64,000 bases of DNA from Roseibacillus sp. (GCA_051251855.1 JBPOGI010000002.1:480001-544000), one strand, 5' to 3'. Positions 8,620-18,271 are shown, counted from the first letter of the stretch. Notes: a model not told the origin generated them from the letters alone. Program-made: numbers and translations.

Positions 8620-10216
8620 CGAGAGAATTGGTTTGCAGTGGAAGAAGGAGTCGGAAGTGAGCGCCGGTGTCGGAGGGAAGGAGGGTGAGGTCTCCGTTCA
8701 TTTCCTGAGCAAGGGCGCGGGCGATGGAGAGGCCGATACCGGTGCCGGAGACTCCTTCGGTGAGTGAGGAGTTGAGGCGGGTGAAGGGCGTGAAGATCTT
8801 GCTGTGGGCTGAACGAGGAACGCCAGGGCCTTGGTCGGTGATGTCGATGGCAAGTTGGTTGCCTATCGGTTGGGTGGAGAGATGTGCGCTTTTGCCGTCG
8901 GCGGCGTATTTTTCGACGTTTGAGAGAAGGTTGCCGATGACTTGTTCAACGGCGTCGGGGTCGGCGAGGATAGTTAGGTTAGGGGAGAGCTCGGTAGTGA
9001 TGGTGATGCCGGCGAGGTCGAGGGATGGCTGCCAGTGCTTGAGACAGGAAGTGAGGAGGTTTTGGGAGTCGAGGGCTTGGGGATGGAGTTGGAGCTCGCT
9101 GCGGTCGGCTCGGGCAAAGGAGAGGACGTTGTTGATGAGGCGGGAAAGGCGGCTGGTTTCCTCGTTGACGACTTGGAGGGATTGCGCGGCAGGGTGATCG
9201 TTGTCGTCGAGGTCGTGGGTGGCCATCTCGGCGTAGAGGCGGATGTTGGTGAGGGGCGTTTTGAGTTCGTGACTGACTTGGTTGACGAAGGAGACGCGGC
9301 GAGAGGCTTCGCGCAGGGAGCGATTATTTTCGCGATAGAACCAAAAGGCGATGACGAGGAAGGCGGCGGCGAGGCCGAGGAGGTTGAGTAGGACTGAGTG
9401 GGGGAGTTTGTTGGGACTTTGAGAAATACTAGGGGAGTAGTATTCGAGGTTCCAGGTTTCCAAGGGTGGAGAAAGGATCAGGGCGAGGATGGGCGCTTCG
9501 TCTTCGGCAGGCGTGTGTTCGCCCCACTGATAGAGGGTCTGGCGGGTGGCGCTGCTCAAGATGATGCGGGCGTCAGGGAGGGAGGTGCTGGTGGGGAGGG
9601 AACCGATGAGACGGGCGAGGAAGGCCGGGCGGTTGATTTCAGAGCCGAGGACTTGGCCGTTGGAGAGGCGCATCCAGTGAAGGAGGTGGACGTCGTTGTC
9701 GTGGAACCAAGCGTGCCAACCAGTCTCCCGGGTGGTGGCGTCAGGGCGAACGATGTTGGTACTGCGACTGGCCTTTTGTCCTAGGACGGCCTTTTGGAGG
9801 CTGGGTGGAGGGCTGGGATAGGATGACTCCGAGACGCCGGTGAGCTGGATTCCTGATTCCCAGATGCTCTTTGTGCGGGCGAGGAAGGCCTGTGCGCTGG
9901 GGTTAGGTGAGTTGGCGGCGGGGAAGATGAGTTGGTTAGCGGGGTCGAGCAGAAAGGAATGAGCGACGAGGGGAGAGGAGATGTTAGCGGGCTGGCTAAG
10001 CGAGAGGTCGTAGGCTTGGAGCAGTTCTTGTTCGAGAGTGAGAAGTTGGTCTTGGAAGCTGCTATCGATGTCGTTGAGTTGTTGGGTGAGAAGGGTGTCG
10101 AGTTGTTGGTTGGTCTTGGTTTGTTCGCTCTGAGACATTTGGAAGCCCAAGTAGGCAATCAACCCTAAAGTGAGGATGATGAGCAGGAGAAAGGCGATGA
10201 GAGGGCGGGTCTTCAA
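8612..10216 (-). CDS. Membrane sensor histidine kinase
   Basis: Two TM segments; H-box VSHELKTPLTNI, N-box NLLSNVEKYA, G boxes DQGPG and GTGIGL. Overlaps the response regulator start. Confidence 0.93.
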   Translation of the reverse strand: MKTRPLIAFLLLIILTLGLIAYLGFQMSQSEQTKTNQQLDTLLTQQLNDIDSSFQDQLLTLEQELLQAYDLSLSQPANISSPLVAHSFLLDPANQLIFPAANSPNPSAQAFLARTKSIWESGIQLTGVSESSYPSPPPSLQKAVLGQKASRSTNIVRPDATTRETGWHAWFHDNDVHLLHWMRLSNGQVLGSEINRPAFLARLIGSLPTSTSLPDARIILSSATRQTLYQWGEHTPAEDEAPILALILSPPLETWNLEYYSPSISQSPNKLPHSVLLNLLGLAAAFLVIAFWFYRENNRSLREASRRVSFVNQVSHELKTPLTNIRLYAEMATHDLDDNDHPAAQSLQVVNEETSRLSRLINNVLSFARADRSELQLHPQALDSQNLLTSCLKHWQPSLDLAGITITTELSPNLTILADPDAVEQVIGNLLSNVEKYAADGKSAHLSTQPIGNQLAIDITDQGPGVPRSAHSKIFTPFTRLNSSLTEGVSGTGIGLSIARALAQEMNGDLTLLPSDTGAHFRLLLPLQTNSLDA

Positions 10217-10288
10217 GTGGGTGGGAGTTTAGGGGAAAAGAGGAGAGGTGGAAAGATTTGGTTGGATTGGCGTGGTTGGGTTTTTTCG

Positions 10289-10343
10289 ACGCAGAGCCGC
10301 AGAGAGCGCAGAGTGAACACAGAGGACGGACCGATGTGGTTTT
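10289..10343 (+). repeat. Short direct-repeat cluster (CGCAGAG units) with GGACCGATG tail, family D copy 1
   Basis: ACGCAGAG-CCGCAGAG-AGCGCAGAG-TGAACACAGAG-GACGGACCGATGTGGTTTT; related to 14691-14747. Confidence 0.6.
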
Positions 10344-10380
10344 GAGTTTTCTTATTCTGCGAGGAAACGAAGTTAAGGTG

Positions 10381-10408
10381 AAAAGCCTGCTCGGGGGAGC
10401 AGGCTTTT
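10381..10408. terminator. Bidirectional hairpin terminator downstream of the VWA gene
   Basis: Perfect inverted repeat AAAAGCCTGCTC-GGGG-GAGCAGGCTTTT. Confidence 0.75.
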
Positions 10409-10411
10409 GAT

Positions 10412-10476
10412 GGAGCAAAGACATTCTTGCCCTTGGGTTTCGATTCTTTGCTCAGGGACAGGAATGTCCCTGCTCC
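10412..10476. repeat. REP doublet, family B (intact)
   Basis: GGAGCAAAGACATTCTTGCCCTTG...CAGGGACAGGAATGTCCCTGCTCC as an inverted pair, abutting the VWA stop codon. Confidence 0.75.
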
Positions 10477-10477
10477 C

Positions 10478-11812
10478 TTAGTCTTTCGAGCGGTAGCCGG
10501 AGTTTCCGCTGACTTTTTCGTTTTGGCGCTGGGTCATGGCTTTGCGTTTTTCTCCCCAAGCGGCGGTGTCCACTTTTGCGTAGTCATCAATATTGCGAGT
10601 GGCTTCTTTGGCAAGCTCTTCAGAGGACCATTTTGTGGCGTTTTCTTTAAGATAGAGAGAATTGCCCATAAGGACATCTTTAGCTTCCTGGACTTTTCCT
10701 TCGTCTCGAAGCTTCACGGCGGCGAGGTTCTTTTCGTTGGCGATGAAGTCAACGACCGCGACCATCACGTCGCGATTGGCGGACTTCTCCACAAGGGCTT
10801 TGTCGTTGGTGATGCGAGCGACAGATTGAGTAGCCGCCTTTGCGGTCTCGTTCTTACTGAGGTCGAAGTAGCTCACCTCGGTATTGGCGATGAGTTGGTC
10901 TTGTTCGCCTTCCAAGGATGGGGTCTCCACTTCGAGGAGGAGGAACTTGTCTTGCTCGGCATAGAGCTGGTTGAAGGTCACGGTGACGGTTTGGCCCACG
11001 ATGTTGGATGTGCGTCCCAAGGAGCGCACGGGGCGAACGCCTTCGGCGAGTTCGACTTTGAGGGTGATATTCTGAGCCACCACGGAGAGCATGCCGCCGA
11101 GTTCTTGGTCGAAGACTTGGGCGAGTTCGCCAGGGGTCTGTACGAAGGAGTGATTGCCGTCGGAATTGAGGGCGAGCTTGTTCATGAGGTCTTCGTTGTA
11201 GCCGTTACCGAGACCGATGGTGGTCACTGAAATGCCTTCCTTGGCGAGAGAGGTTCCGAGTTCACCGAGTTCCTGTGGGGATTGAGGTCCGATGTTGGCT
11301 TGGCCGTCGGAGAGAAGGATGACGCGATTGATGGCTTCTTCGTTTTTGAACTTACGCAGTTCTTCTGCTCCTTTGGCGACGCCTGCGAACAAGGCGGTAG
11401 AACCACGAGAGGTGATTTTGTCGATGGCGTCGTAGACGAATTTCTTGTCGGTGAGCTTGGTGGCAGGGACAAGGACTTCGACGACGTTGTCATAGGAGAT
11501 AACGGAGACGGTATCATTGCTCTGGAGTCGGGCGATGGCGATTTTGGCAGCGTCGCGAGCGCGGGCGATTTTTTCGCCGCTCATCGAGCTGGAGCGGTCG
11601 AGGACGATGGCGACGTTGATGGGGGCGCGTTCCTCAAGGGTGGGTGCTTCTCCGCCGGTGACGCTGACTTTGAGGTAGGAGGTTTGCTTTTCACCGGAAG
11701 GAAGGAGGGGGTGGCTAAGCTCGCTTTGGAGGCCCAGAGGGGCTTGTCCTTTTGCGAAGCTGAGGGCGGGTGCGGTAAGAACCGCGAGGGTAGTTAGAAG
11801 TTGTTTTTTCAT
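10478..11812 (-). CDS. Secreted von Willebrand factor A domain protein (YfbK-like)
   Basis: Signal peptide; MIDAS VLDRSSSM, GST, ILLSDGQANIG, TTIGLG..YNEDLM. Confidence 0.9.
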   Translation of the reverse strand: MKKQLLTTLAVLTAPALSFAKGQAPLGLQSELSHPLLPSGEKQTSYLKVSVTGGEAPTLEERAPINVAIVLDRSSSMSGEKIARARDAAKIAIARLQSNDTVSVISYDNVVEVLVPATKLTDKKFVYDAIDKITSRGSTALFAGVAKGAEELRKFKNEEAINRVILLSDGQANIGPQSPQELGELGTSLAKEGISVTTIGLGNGYNEDLMNKLALNSDGNHSFVQTPGELAQVFDQELGGMLSVVAQNITLKVELAEGVRPVRSLGRTSNIVGQTVTVTFNQLYAEQDKFLLLEVETPSLEGEQDQLIANTEVSYFDLSKNETAKAATQSVARITNDKALVEKSANRDVMVAVVDFIANEKNLAAVKLRDEGKVQEAKDVLMGNSLYLKENATKWSSEELAKEATRNIDDYAKVDTAAWGEKRKAMTQRQNEKVSGNSGYRSKD

Positions 11813-11865
11813 AAGTTGGCAATTTCGATTGCGCTCTTAAGGAAGCAGACTTTGACAGGGAAAGG

Positions 11866-11903
11866 GTCAGGGGTCAGTCAGGAGTGTGTAAGAGTTTTGT
11901 CAG
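11866..11903 (-). promoter_or_regulatory. Four tandem half-sites with 11-bp period (OmpR/PhoB-type box)
   Basis: Plus-strand GTCAG at 11866, GTCAG at 11877, GTAAG at 11888 and GTCAG at 11899, upstream of the VWA-HK-RR cluster. Confidence 0.6.
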
Positions 11904-11955
11904 AAACTGTGCAATTGTCTTTGAGCTTCAGACAGGGTAGCCTCCTCGGCTAGCT

Positions 11956-12633
11956 ATGAAAATTCTGATAATCCTCTTCGTTTTGGCCTCTGCTGTGGAG
12001 GGAGTGACCATTTTTAGGGACCGCGTTCTTGTCGGGGGAGGGCTCTTTGGTGATTTGGGAACGCTCGGTTTGACCGTGCAACATTCATCGAATGGTGACG
12101 AGGGATACGATTCCACTACCTTCCGGATGGCAAATCCGTTTTCGGAAATACCCACCCTTTTCGGGCCTGATGATCCTTTTCCCGTGAGCTCAAGGACGAG
12201 CTTATCAGCAGTCGAAGATGGTTGGACCATTGGGTTGGGGATTGATTGGGTGCAACCTTCGTCAGGAGCTTTATTGACGAAGGACAATTTCTTCGATCAT
12301 CCGGTTGTGCTGCGAACTGATTTTTTTCCTGCCACCATCAATAAGATTAATCTCCTTGGCCGAGATTCGTTGACCCTCGGGTTTCTGACAGCTGGAGGAG
12401 ATGTTTCCTTTGGTTCTCCTGGGGGAATTGGTTGGGTGACGTTTGATGTAGAGCCATCGATGGGTGATGCGGCCCTCAGTGGTCCGCTGCAACTGAGCTA
12501 TGTTGACTCGGCTTGGATTCCTGCAAACTATGGTATTTTTGCGGGGACTCTGGTTGTGGTTCCTGAGCCTAGCGGATTGATTTTGACGGGAGTGGGTTTG
12601 ATTGTTGCAGCATATAGGAGAAATAGAAGTTAG
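11956..12633 (+). CDS. PEP-CTERM sorting domain protein
   Basis: Signal peptide; C-terminal VVPEPSGLILTGVGLIVAAYRRNRS. Confidence 0.85.
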   Translation: MKILIILFVLASAVEGVTIFRDRVLVGGGLFGDLGTLGLTVQHSSNGDEGYDSTTFRMANPFSEIPTLFGPDDPFPVSSRTSLSAVEDGWTIGLGIDWVQPSSGALLTKDNFFDHPVVLRTDFFPATINKINLLGRDSLTLGFLTAGGDVSFGSPGGIGWVTFDVEPSMGDAALSGPLQLSYVDSAWIPANYGIFAGTLVVVPEPSGLILTGVGLIVAAYRRNRS

Positions 12634-12697
12634 CTGGTTTTCTGGGGAATTGAACGATTGTTTGCAACTTGGGGAGGGGCAGGAGGTTTGAGCCTAA

Positions 12698-13765
12698 ATG
12701 AAATGGATTGTATTGGCGCTAGTGGGGACTGGATTTTCGAGCGGTCAGGTTCCTTTCGAGAGATTGGACAAGAATGGTGATGGCTTGATTCAGAAGGAGG
12801 AGTTGCCTGCAGGATTGCGGAAGAACTTCGAGCGGGTGGACAGCGATGGGAGCGGGGGGATTTCCAAGGAGGAGCATGAAGCGGTGACTCGGAGGCGGGG
12901 AGGGCCTCATGAGATTGAGGGGGTAACGGTGATTCGTGATGTCGATTATGTGGGGGAGGGCAATCAAAGACAGATGATGGATTTCTATCTCCCTGAGAAC
13001 GAGGAAGATTTGCCGGTGATTTTGTGGGTGCATGGCGGGGCTTGGAAATCAGGAAACCGCGGCGGAATCAATCGCGTAAAATCATTCTTGGAGGATGGGC
13101 GCTATGCGGTGGTTTCGATTGGGTATCGACTGACTGATGAGGCGCAGTGGCCAGCACAGATTCATGATTGTAAGGCGGCGGTTCGCTTCGTGCGCGCAAA
13201 TGGTTGGAAGTATGGGCTAGACCCTGAGCGCATCGCTGTGGTGGGAAGTTCCGCGGGAGGACATTTGGTGGCGATGCTGGGGCTGACCGGAGGGGATGCT
13301 GAATTGGAGGGGGAACTGGGGCTTCATGTCGGGACATCCTCGAAGGTGAGTTGCGTGGTCGATTTCTTTGGTTCGAAGGATCACACGGTGATGGATGAGC
13401 AAGGGAGTCGAATGGACCATGGGTCGGCGTCTTCTCCGGAGGGTCTGTTAGTGGGTGGCGCAATTGCCGAGAATTTAGAGAAGGCGCGAGAGTCTTCGCC
13501 GATCTATCATGTTTCGAAAGGTGATGCTCCAATGCTGATTTTTCACGGGACAAAGGATCCGCTGGTGCCTTACCAGCAGTCGGTGGACTTTGAAAAGGCG
13601 TTTGAAGCAGAGGGTGGGGACGTGACTTTAGTGACGATAGAAGGTGGCGGCCACGGAAAGGGTTTTCCGGCGGAGGTGGAGAAACTCTTTGGGGATTTCC
13701 TAGAGAATGCGTGCTATGGGGGCGAGCACGAAATCATAGACCATACGCTGAAAGCGATTAGGTAG
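12698..13765 (+). CDS. Secreted alpha/beta hydrolase (esterase) with N-terminal EF-hand-like pair
   Basis: DKNGDGLI and DSDGSGGI loops; HGGAW, GSSAGG nucleophile, HGTKDPLVP, GGGHG. Confidence 0.9.
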   Translation: MKWIVLALVGTGFSSGQVPFERLDKNGDGLIQKEELPAGLRKNFERVDSDGSGGISKEEHEAVTRRRGGPHEIEGVTVIRDVDYVGEGNQRQMMDFYLPENEEDLPVILWVHGGAWKSGNRGGINRVKSFLEDGRYAVVSIGYRLTDEAQWPAQIHDCKAAVRFVRANGWKYGLDPERIAVVGSSAGGHLVAMLGLTGGDAELEGELGLHVGTSSKVSCVVDFFGSKDHTVMDEQGSRMDHGSASSPEGLLVGGAIAENLEKARESSPIYHVSKGDAPMLIFHGTKDPLVPYQQSVDFEKAFEAEGGDVTLVTIEGGGHGKGFPAEVEKLFGDFLENACYGGEHEIIDHTLKAIR

Positions 13766-13798
13766 GCTCTCCTTTCTGAATGCCGCAAGATGCGTCAG

Positions 13799-14617
13799 CT
13801 ACGGGACGCGGGGAAATTGGGTAAAGTCGGGAGCGCGTTTTTCGATGAAGGCGTTTTTGCCTTCTTTGCCTTCTTCAGACATATAGTAGAGGAGGGTGGC
13901 GTTGCCGGCGAGGTCTAACAGGCCCATCTGACCGTCGCAGTCAGCATTGAGAGCGGACTTGAGGCAGCGGAGAGCGAGGGGAGAATGGGCGAGCATTTCG
14001 CGACACCATTTGATGGTTTCTGCTTCGAGCTCGGGGTAGGGAACAACGGTATTGACGAGGCCCATGTCGAGGGCTTCTTGAGCGTCGTATTGGCGGCAGA
14101 GGAACCAGATTTCGCGTGCTTTCTTTTGGCCGACGATGCGGGCGAGGTAGCTGGAGCCGAGACCGCCGTCGAAGGATCCGACTTTGGGGCCGGTTTGGCC
14201 AAAGCGGGCGTTGTCGGCGGCGATGGTGAGGTCGCAGACGATGTGGAGGACGTGGCCGCCGCCGATAGCGTAACCGGCGACCATGGCGACGACGGGTTTG
14301 GGGAGGGAGCGGATTTTTTTCTGAAGGTCGAGGACGTTGAGGCGGGGGACGCCGTCTTCGCCGATGTAGCCGGCGTGGCCGCGCACTTTTTGGTCACCGC
14401 CAGAACAGAAGGCTTTTTCGCCCTCGCCAGTGAGAATGATGACTCCGACGGAGGGGTCTTCGTGGGCCATGTCGAAGGCGGAGAGCAGCTCGCGCACGGT
14501 TTGGGGGCGAAAGGCATTGCGAACTTCGGGGCGGTTGATTGTGATTTTGGCAATCGCGCCTTCGTCGGTGGTTTCGTAACGGATGTCTTCGAATTCGGCT
14601 TTGGTGGTCCAGCTCAT
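13799..14617 (-). CDS. menB: 1,4-dihydroxy-2-naphthoyl-CoA synthase
   Basis: [60 protein letters not shown]. Confidence 0.97.
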   Translation of the reverse strand: MSWTTKAEFEDIRYETTDEGAIAKITINRPEVRNAFRPQTVRELLSAFDMAHEDPSVGVIILTGEGEKAFCSGGDQKVRGHAGYIGEDGVPRLNVLDLQKKIRSLPKPVVAMVAGYAIGGGHVLHIVCDLTIAADNARFGQTGPKVGSFDGGLGSSYLARIVGQKKAREIWFLCRQYDAQEALDMGLVNTVVPYPELEAETIKWCREMLAHSPLALRCLKSALNADCDGQMGLLDLAGNATLLYYMSEEGKEGKNAFIEKRAPDFTQFPRVP

Positions 14618-14690
14618 TGGTAGGGAGACTATAGCGGGAATTTTGGTGCTGTCTAAGGGGTTTTGAGGACGTGACGGGGTTGGATGAATT

Positions 14691-14747
14691 CACCGCAGAG
14701 TCGCGGAGGACGCTGAGAGTCGCAGAGGGATGGACCGATGGGTTTTT
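14691..14747 (+). repeat. Short direct-repeat cluster, family D copy 2
   Basis: CACCGCAGAG-TCGCGGAG-GACGCTGAG-AGTCGCAGAG-GGATGGACCGATGGGTTTTT; a related GAAGG-N4 cluster follows at about 14820-14845. Confidence 0.55.
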
Positions 14748-14935
14748 AAGAGGAGAAAGGGAGGGAAAAGAGGCCGGACCGGGATGATTTTTTTTGAACC
14801 ACCGCGGGAGCGGGGCGCGCAGAAGGAAGCGAAGGTAACGAAGGACGGGGTTGGTGGTCTTCGTGGAAAGAGCTGAGGCTTGATGGACTTTTGTTTTTGA
14901 GTTTTTGAATGGGGTGAGTCCGGTTAGTTAAGGGG

Positions 14936-15556
14936 GTGGCTTTGACTGGATTTCCTTTGCTTGAGAGTGACCTAGCGCGGACGGTGCGGGAGGCGGCTTT
15001 GGATTATGAGAGTTTTGGGGCGCTGATTCGGGCGTGTGATTTGCGGCGTTGTCGGGGGATGTGTTGTCATGATGGGGTGTTTGTGGGGGCTGAGGAGCGG
15101 GAGGTGATGTCGGAGGTTTTGCCGGGGCCGCACTTTGAGCAGCGTGGAGGGCGTTGGAAGACGCGGACTGTTGCGGCGGGAAAAGAGGCGTTGGGAGAGG
15201 GCTTTCCGGGACATTTTCCGAAGACACGGTGCGTGTTTCTTGACGGGAACGACTATTGCGGGTTGCAGAGTCGAGCGATGGCGGAGGGAAAGCATCCCTG
15301 GTTCTGGAAGCCGTTTCCATGTTGGCTGCATCCGCTGGGATTTCGGAGGGGAGAGGCGTCTGATAGGCCGATTCTGTCTTTGCCTACTTTGGGAGAGGAC
15401 CCGGCGGCAGGAGAGGACTATCCGGGATTTGCGTCGTGCACGACTTGTGGGAAGGCTGATTCAGAAGGGGAGCCGGCTTGGAAGGTGTTAGAGCCGGAGC
15501 TGAGGTTCCTCTCGGATATCAGTGGGCGGGATTTGGTGGCCGAGTTGAGGGGGTGA
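14936..15556 (+). CDS. DUF3109-like cysteine-rich protein
   Basis: CDLRRCRGMCCHDG, CVFL, CGLQ, WKPFPCWLHPL pattern. Confidence 0.65.
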   Translation: MALTGFPLLESDLARTVREAALDYESFGALIRACDLRRCRGMCCHDGVFVGAEEREVMSEVLPGPHFEQRGGRWKTRTVAAGKEALGEGFPGHFPKTRCVFLDGNDYCGLQSRAMAEGKHPWFWKPFPCWLHPLGFRRGEASDRPILSLPTLGEDPAAGEDYPGFASCTTCGKADSEGEPAWKVLEPELRFLSDISGRDLVAELRG

Positions 15557-15570
15557 GCTGAGGAGATGTA

Positions 15571-15773
15571 ATACCACTCCGAGTTTCAAAAGAGACAAAT
15601 GATACTTTTTCGGCTTTTGGAATTTGCGCTTTGCAACAGCTGGAAAAGGCCGGGCGCTTTTCCGAAATAGCAGCGTTTTTCCTCGGTCATGGTGCTTGCA
15701 CCATTCCCTCGTCATGCCTTGCTTTTTCAAAAAATCGCACCGGCATTTATCTCTTTTGAAACTCTACTTGGTA
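15571..15773. mobile_element. MITE of about 203 bp with IS630-like ends and TA flanks
   Basis: Left ATACCACTCCGAGTTTCAAAAGAGACAAATG (15571-15601) vs reverse complement of 15744-15774 ATACCAAGTAGAGTTTCAAAAGAGATAAATG (26/31). TA at 15569-15570 and 15774-15775. No credible ORF inside. Confidence 0.75.
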
Positions 15774-15851
15774 TAAGTTGTTTGGTTTTTACGGACTCGG
15801 ACTTTTGGGTGGACTGAAGATCCGCGCTCCTGTTGTGCGAGCCTGGTCCTA

Positions 15852-18191
15852 CTACTGGGTGAGCTCTTTGATGGTCTTGAGCTTTTCCTTGGGCTCTTCT
15901 TCGGCTTCGATAACTTTGATGGTGTCTTCGAGCAATTTACGCCATCTGGTGTCGCCCCCACCTTTGAGGGTGGCGGCTGCTTCTTTGACCGGTTGAAGAT
16001 GCTCTTTGGCGTGTCCTTTGTATTTGAGGACCAGTCTAGCAGCGAAGGGCAGGCGGCTGTTTTTGCCCCAGCCCATATCAGATAAGATGGCGGTGGAGGC
16101 GATGACTCCTTCTTCGAGGTTGAGAGCGGTGAGGGTTTCGGCACAGGAGACTCTGAGCTTGTTGGCGAACATGATGTTACCCTCGGGTAGCTGGAAGGCT
16201 TGCTCATAGATTCCGGGGAGGAGAGGGTAGAGTTCTTTCTCGGGTAGGTATTGGAGCCCCATTGCGATGCGGGATGAAACAAGGGCGTCTTCGTCCGCGA
16301 GAAGGATGTTAACGGCGGCGATGGTTGCTTTGCGGTCTTTAGGGGCATTGAGTAGTTTTCCTACTGCTTGAGAAGAAACGCCCAGGGGGAAGAAGGTGTT
16401 ACCGATGGCTTGGGTGAAGATGGGGGCTTCGGCTTTGTTTTTAGCGAGGTGCTTGAAGACTTCTTCCAAGGCGCGGGGCTTGTTTTGTCCGGCGAGTTTG
16501 CTGATGGCCACGACTTGGACGGTGATGTCTTTGTCGGCCAGCAGAGGGACGACTTGCTCAAACTTTTTACTTGAGCGAATGGCGGCAATGCGGTCGAGGG
16601 GATTGGTTGAGCTGAGGGTGGCATCTGTTTTCAGTTCGACCTTCCGACGTCGCAATTCGCGGGCGCTCGCGTTGCGCACGATGGGCGACCAAGAGGAGAG
16701 GCATTGGCGCAGATATTCCACGGAGGCATAGCGGTAGTTGATTTTTCCAGCTTCGATGGATTCCGAAATTTCGTTGGCGGTGAGTTGGGGCACGTTGCCA
16801 ACGTCGCGTCCGGTGATGCGGAGTTTTTTGAGAGGGAGGGCGAAGTGGAGGAGGTAGGCTCCGGGAGTTTTCCATGAATGATGAGGACTGTTGCCGCGCT
16901 GGCGGGGATAGCCTTGGTAGGGGAAGCGGTATTCGGAGTCGCGAGCGAGGTCGTAGTACCAGCCGAATTCTTGCAGCCAAGAACCGGTAGCGGCGGGTCC
17001 GGCTAGAGAGACGGCAGGAAGGGACCAGAGCATGTTGAAGAAGTTGCCTGTATGGCCTTGTTCGCGATCGGCGCCGTAGGCTGCGATGGCGGTGCGGGTG
17101 TAGTAGCGGCAAGCAGCTTTGTCGTTAAGCAGACTGTAGAAGATAGCTGCGGCAGAGTTTTTGCCGTTGTCGTCGTGGCCATATTGCAGGTTGGGAGGGC
17201 CGTCTCCATAGGGGATGGCACCCATGCCGATATGTCGGCGAAAGAAGTTGGCGGCGAGCTCGATGCTTTCGTCGAGTCCGGTGAAGGAGATTCCGCATTC
17301 GCGGGCAAGAACGAGGGAGGTGGCGACGGGGACACCCACGGCATTGACGGCGCCGTATCCGTTCAAGCGGTCGGTGTCGGGGTTGACGAAAGTGTGACCC
17401 CAAGTGCCGATGGGGCCTTGTCCTTCGACGAGGCGGCCGGTGAGACGGCGGATTTCGGGGAGGACGTCAGGGTCTTTGGTGAGGAGGTAGTATTCGCAAA
17501 GGAAGATGTTGGCGAAGGAGTAGTGCCAGCAGGCGAGAGAGATGTTGGGGCCCAGCGGATTGGCGAAGGTTTTGTGGGCGTGTTCCGCGATGGCTTCTTC
17601 GTAGGAGCGGTCACCGGTGGCGAGAAGAGCGAGGGCGTTTATGTGGCTGTCGATGGAGGGGCGGCCGAGGCCTCGTGCCACAAGAGCGTCGCATCCCTCT
17701 TGGAGAATTTTTTCGGATTTGGGACAGTCGAACGGAGCGGTGGGTGAGAAGGCGGGAAGGTGCTCTAGTTTAATAGCGATTGTTTCGGTCTCTCCTCCTC
17801 GAAATCGGAGTAGCTTCAGCTCGCCAGAAGGAGAAGCTTCCGCAGGGGAAATGGCTTTGGCAAAGGCGATGCGGGCATCACTTTCGAAAGGAGTTTCGCC
17901 CAAACCGACAATGACATCTCCTTTTTGCAGAAGGCCTTTGGAGGGACCGTCAGGGGAGACTTTGGTGATGAGAATCTGGCGACTCTGTCGAGTCGTGCCC
18001 GGGGCTCCGTCGGCGCTGACTTGGACCCAGCCTCGTGCTCCAGTGGGGCCGAGAGTCCAGTCGTGGGAGGTGTTTTGAGGGAGAGAGGCGCCCTGGGTAA
18101 AGTCGAGAAGCTTGGAGGATACTTCAGGGTCCTTGGCGTTAGCAAGGAAGGTGAGGCTGAGAGAGAAGGCGAGAAGGAGTGAGTGGTTCAT
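15852..18191 (-). CDS. DUF6288 domain protein with PDZ-like N-terminus and HEAT-like C-terminus
   Basis: Signal peptide; DWTLGPTGARGW, RQILITKV, GDVIVG, GAIPYGD, HDDNGK, GHTGNFFN. Confidence 0.75.
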   Translation of the reverse strand: MNHSLLLAFSLSLTFLANAKDPEVSSKLLDFTQGASLPQNTSHDWTLGPTGARGWVQVSADGAPGTTRQSRQILITKVSPDGPSKGLLQKGDVIVGLGETPFESDARIAFAKAISPAEASPSGELKLLRFRGGETETIAIKLEHLPAFSPTAPFDCPKSEKILQEGCDALVARGLGRPSIDSHINALALLATGDRSYEEAIAEHAHKTFANPLGPNISLACWHYSFANIFLCEYYLLTKDPDVLPEIRRLTGRLVEGQGPIGTWGHTFVNPDTDRLNGYGAVNAVGVPVATSLVLARECGISFTGLDESIELAANFFRRHIGMGAIPYGDGPPNLQYGHDDNGKNSAAAIFYSLLNDKAACRYYTRTAIAAYGADREQGHTGNFFNMLWSLPAVSLAGPAATGSWLQEFGWYYDLARDSEYRFPYQGYPRQRGNSPHHSWKTPGAYLLHFALPLKKLRITGRDVGNVPQLTANEISESIEAGKINYRYASVEYLRQCLSSWSPIVRNASARELRRRKVELKTDATLSSTNPLDRIAAIRSSKKFEQVVPLLADKDITVQVVAISKLAGQNKPRALEEVFKHLAKNKAEAPIFTQAIGNTFFPLGVSSQAVGKLLNAPKDRKATIAAVNILLADEDALVSSRIAMGLQYLPEKELYPLLPGIYEQAFQLPEGNIMFANKLRVSCAETLTALNLEEGVIASTAILSDMGWGKNSRLPFAARLVLKYKGHAKEHLQPVKEAAATLKGGGDTRWRKLLEDTIKVIEAEEEPKEKLKTIKELTQ

Positions 18192-18207
18192 GAGAAAGAT
18201 TAAAGAG

Positions 18208-18243
18208 AAAGAGCCCAAGAAGCAGATACTTCTTGGGCTCTTT
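18208..18243 (-). terminator. Strong hairpin/terminator between the beta-strand repeat gene and the DUF6288 gene
   Basis: Perfect 15-bp inverted repeat AAAGAGCCCAAGAAG-N6-CTTCTTGGGCTCTTT, followed on the minus strand by a pyrimidine tract. Confidence 0.75.
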
Positions 18244-18271
18244 GTATTGGGTTTCCTAAAATATGTCGATA

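Noticed and set aside
5796..14845. CRISPR array or tRNA/ncRNA interpretation of the intergenic repeats
   Set aside because: There are no regularly spaced identical repeats with unique spacers, no cas genes and no cloverleaf; the repeats fit REP-type dispersed elements.
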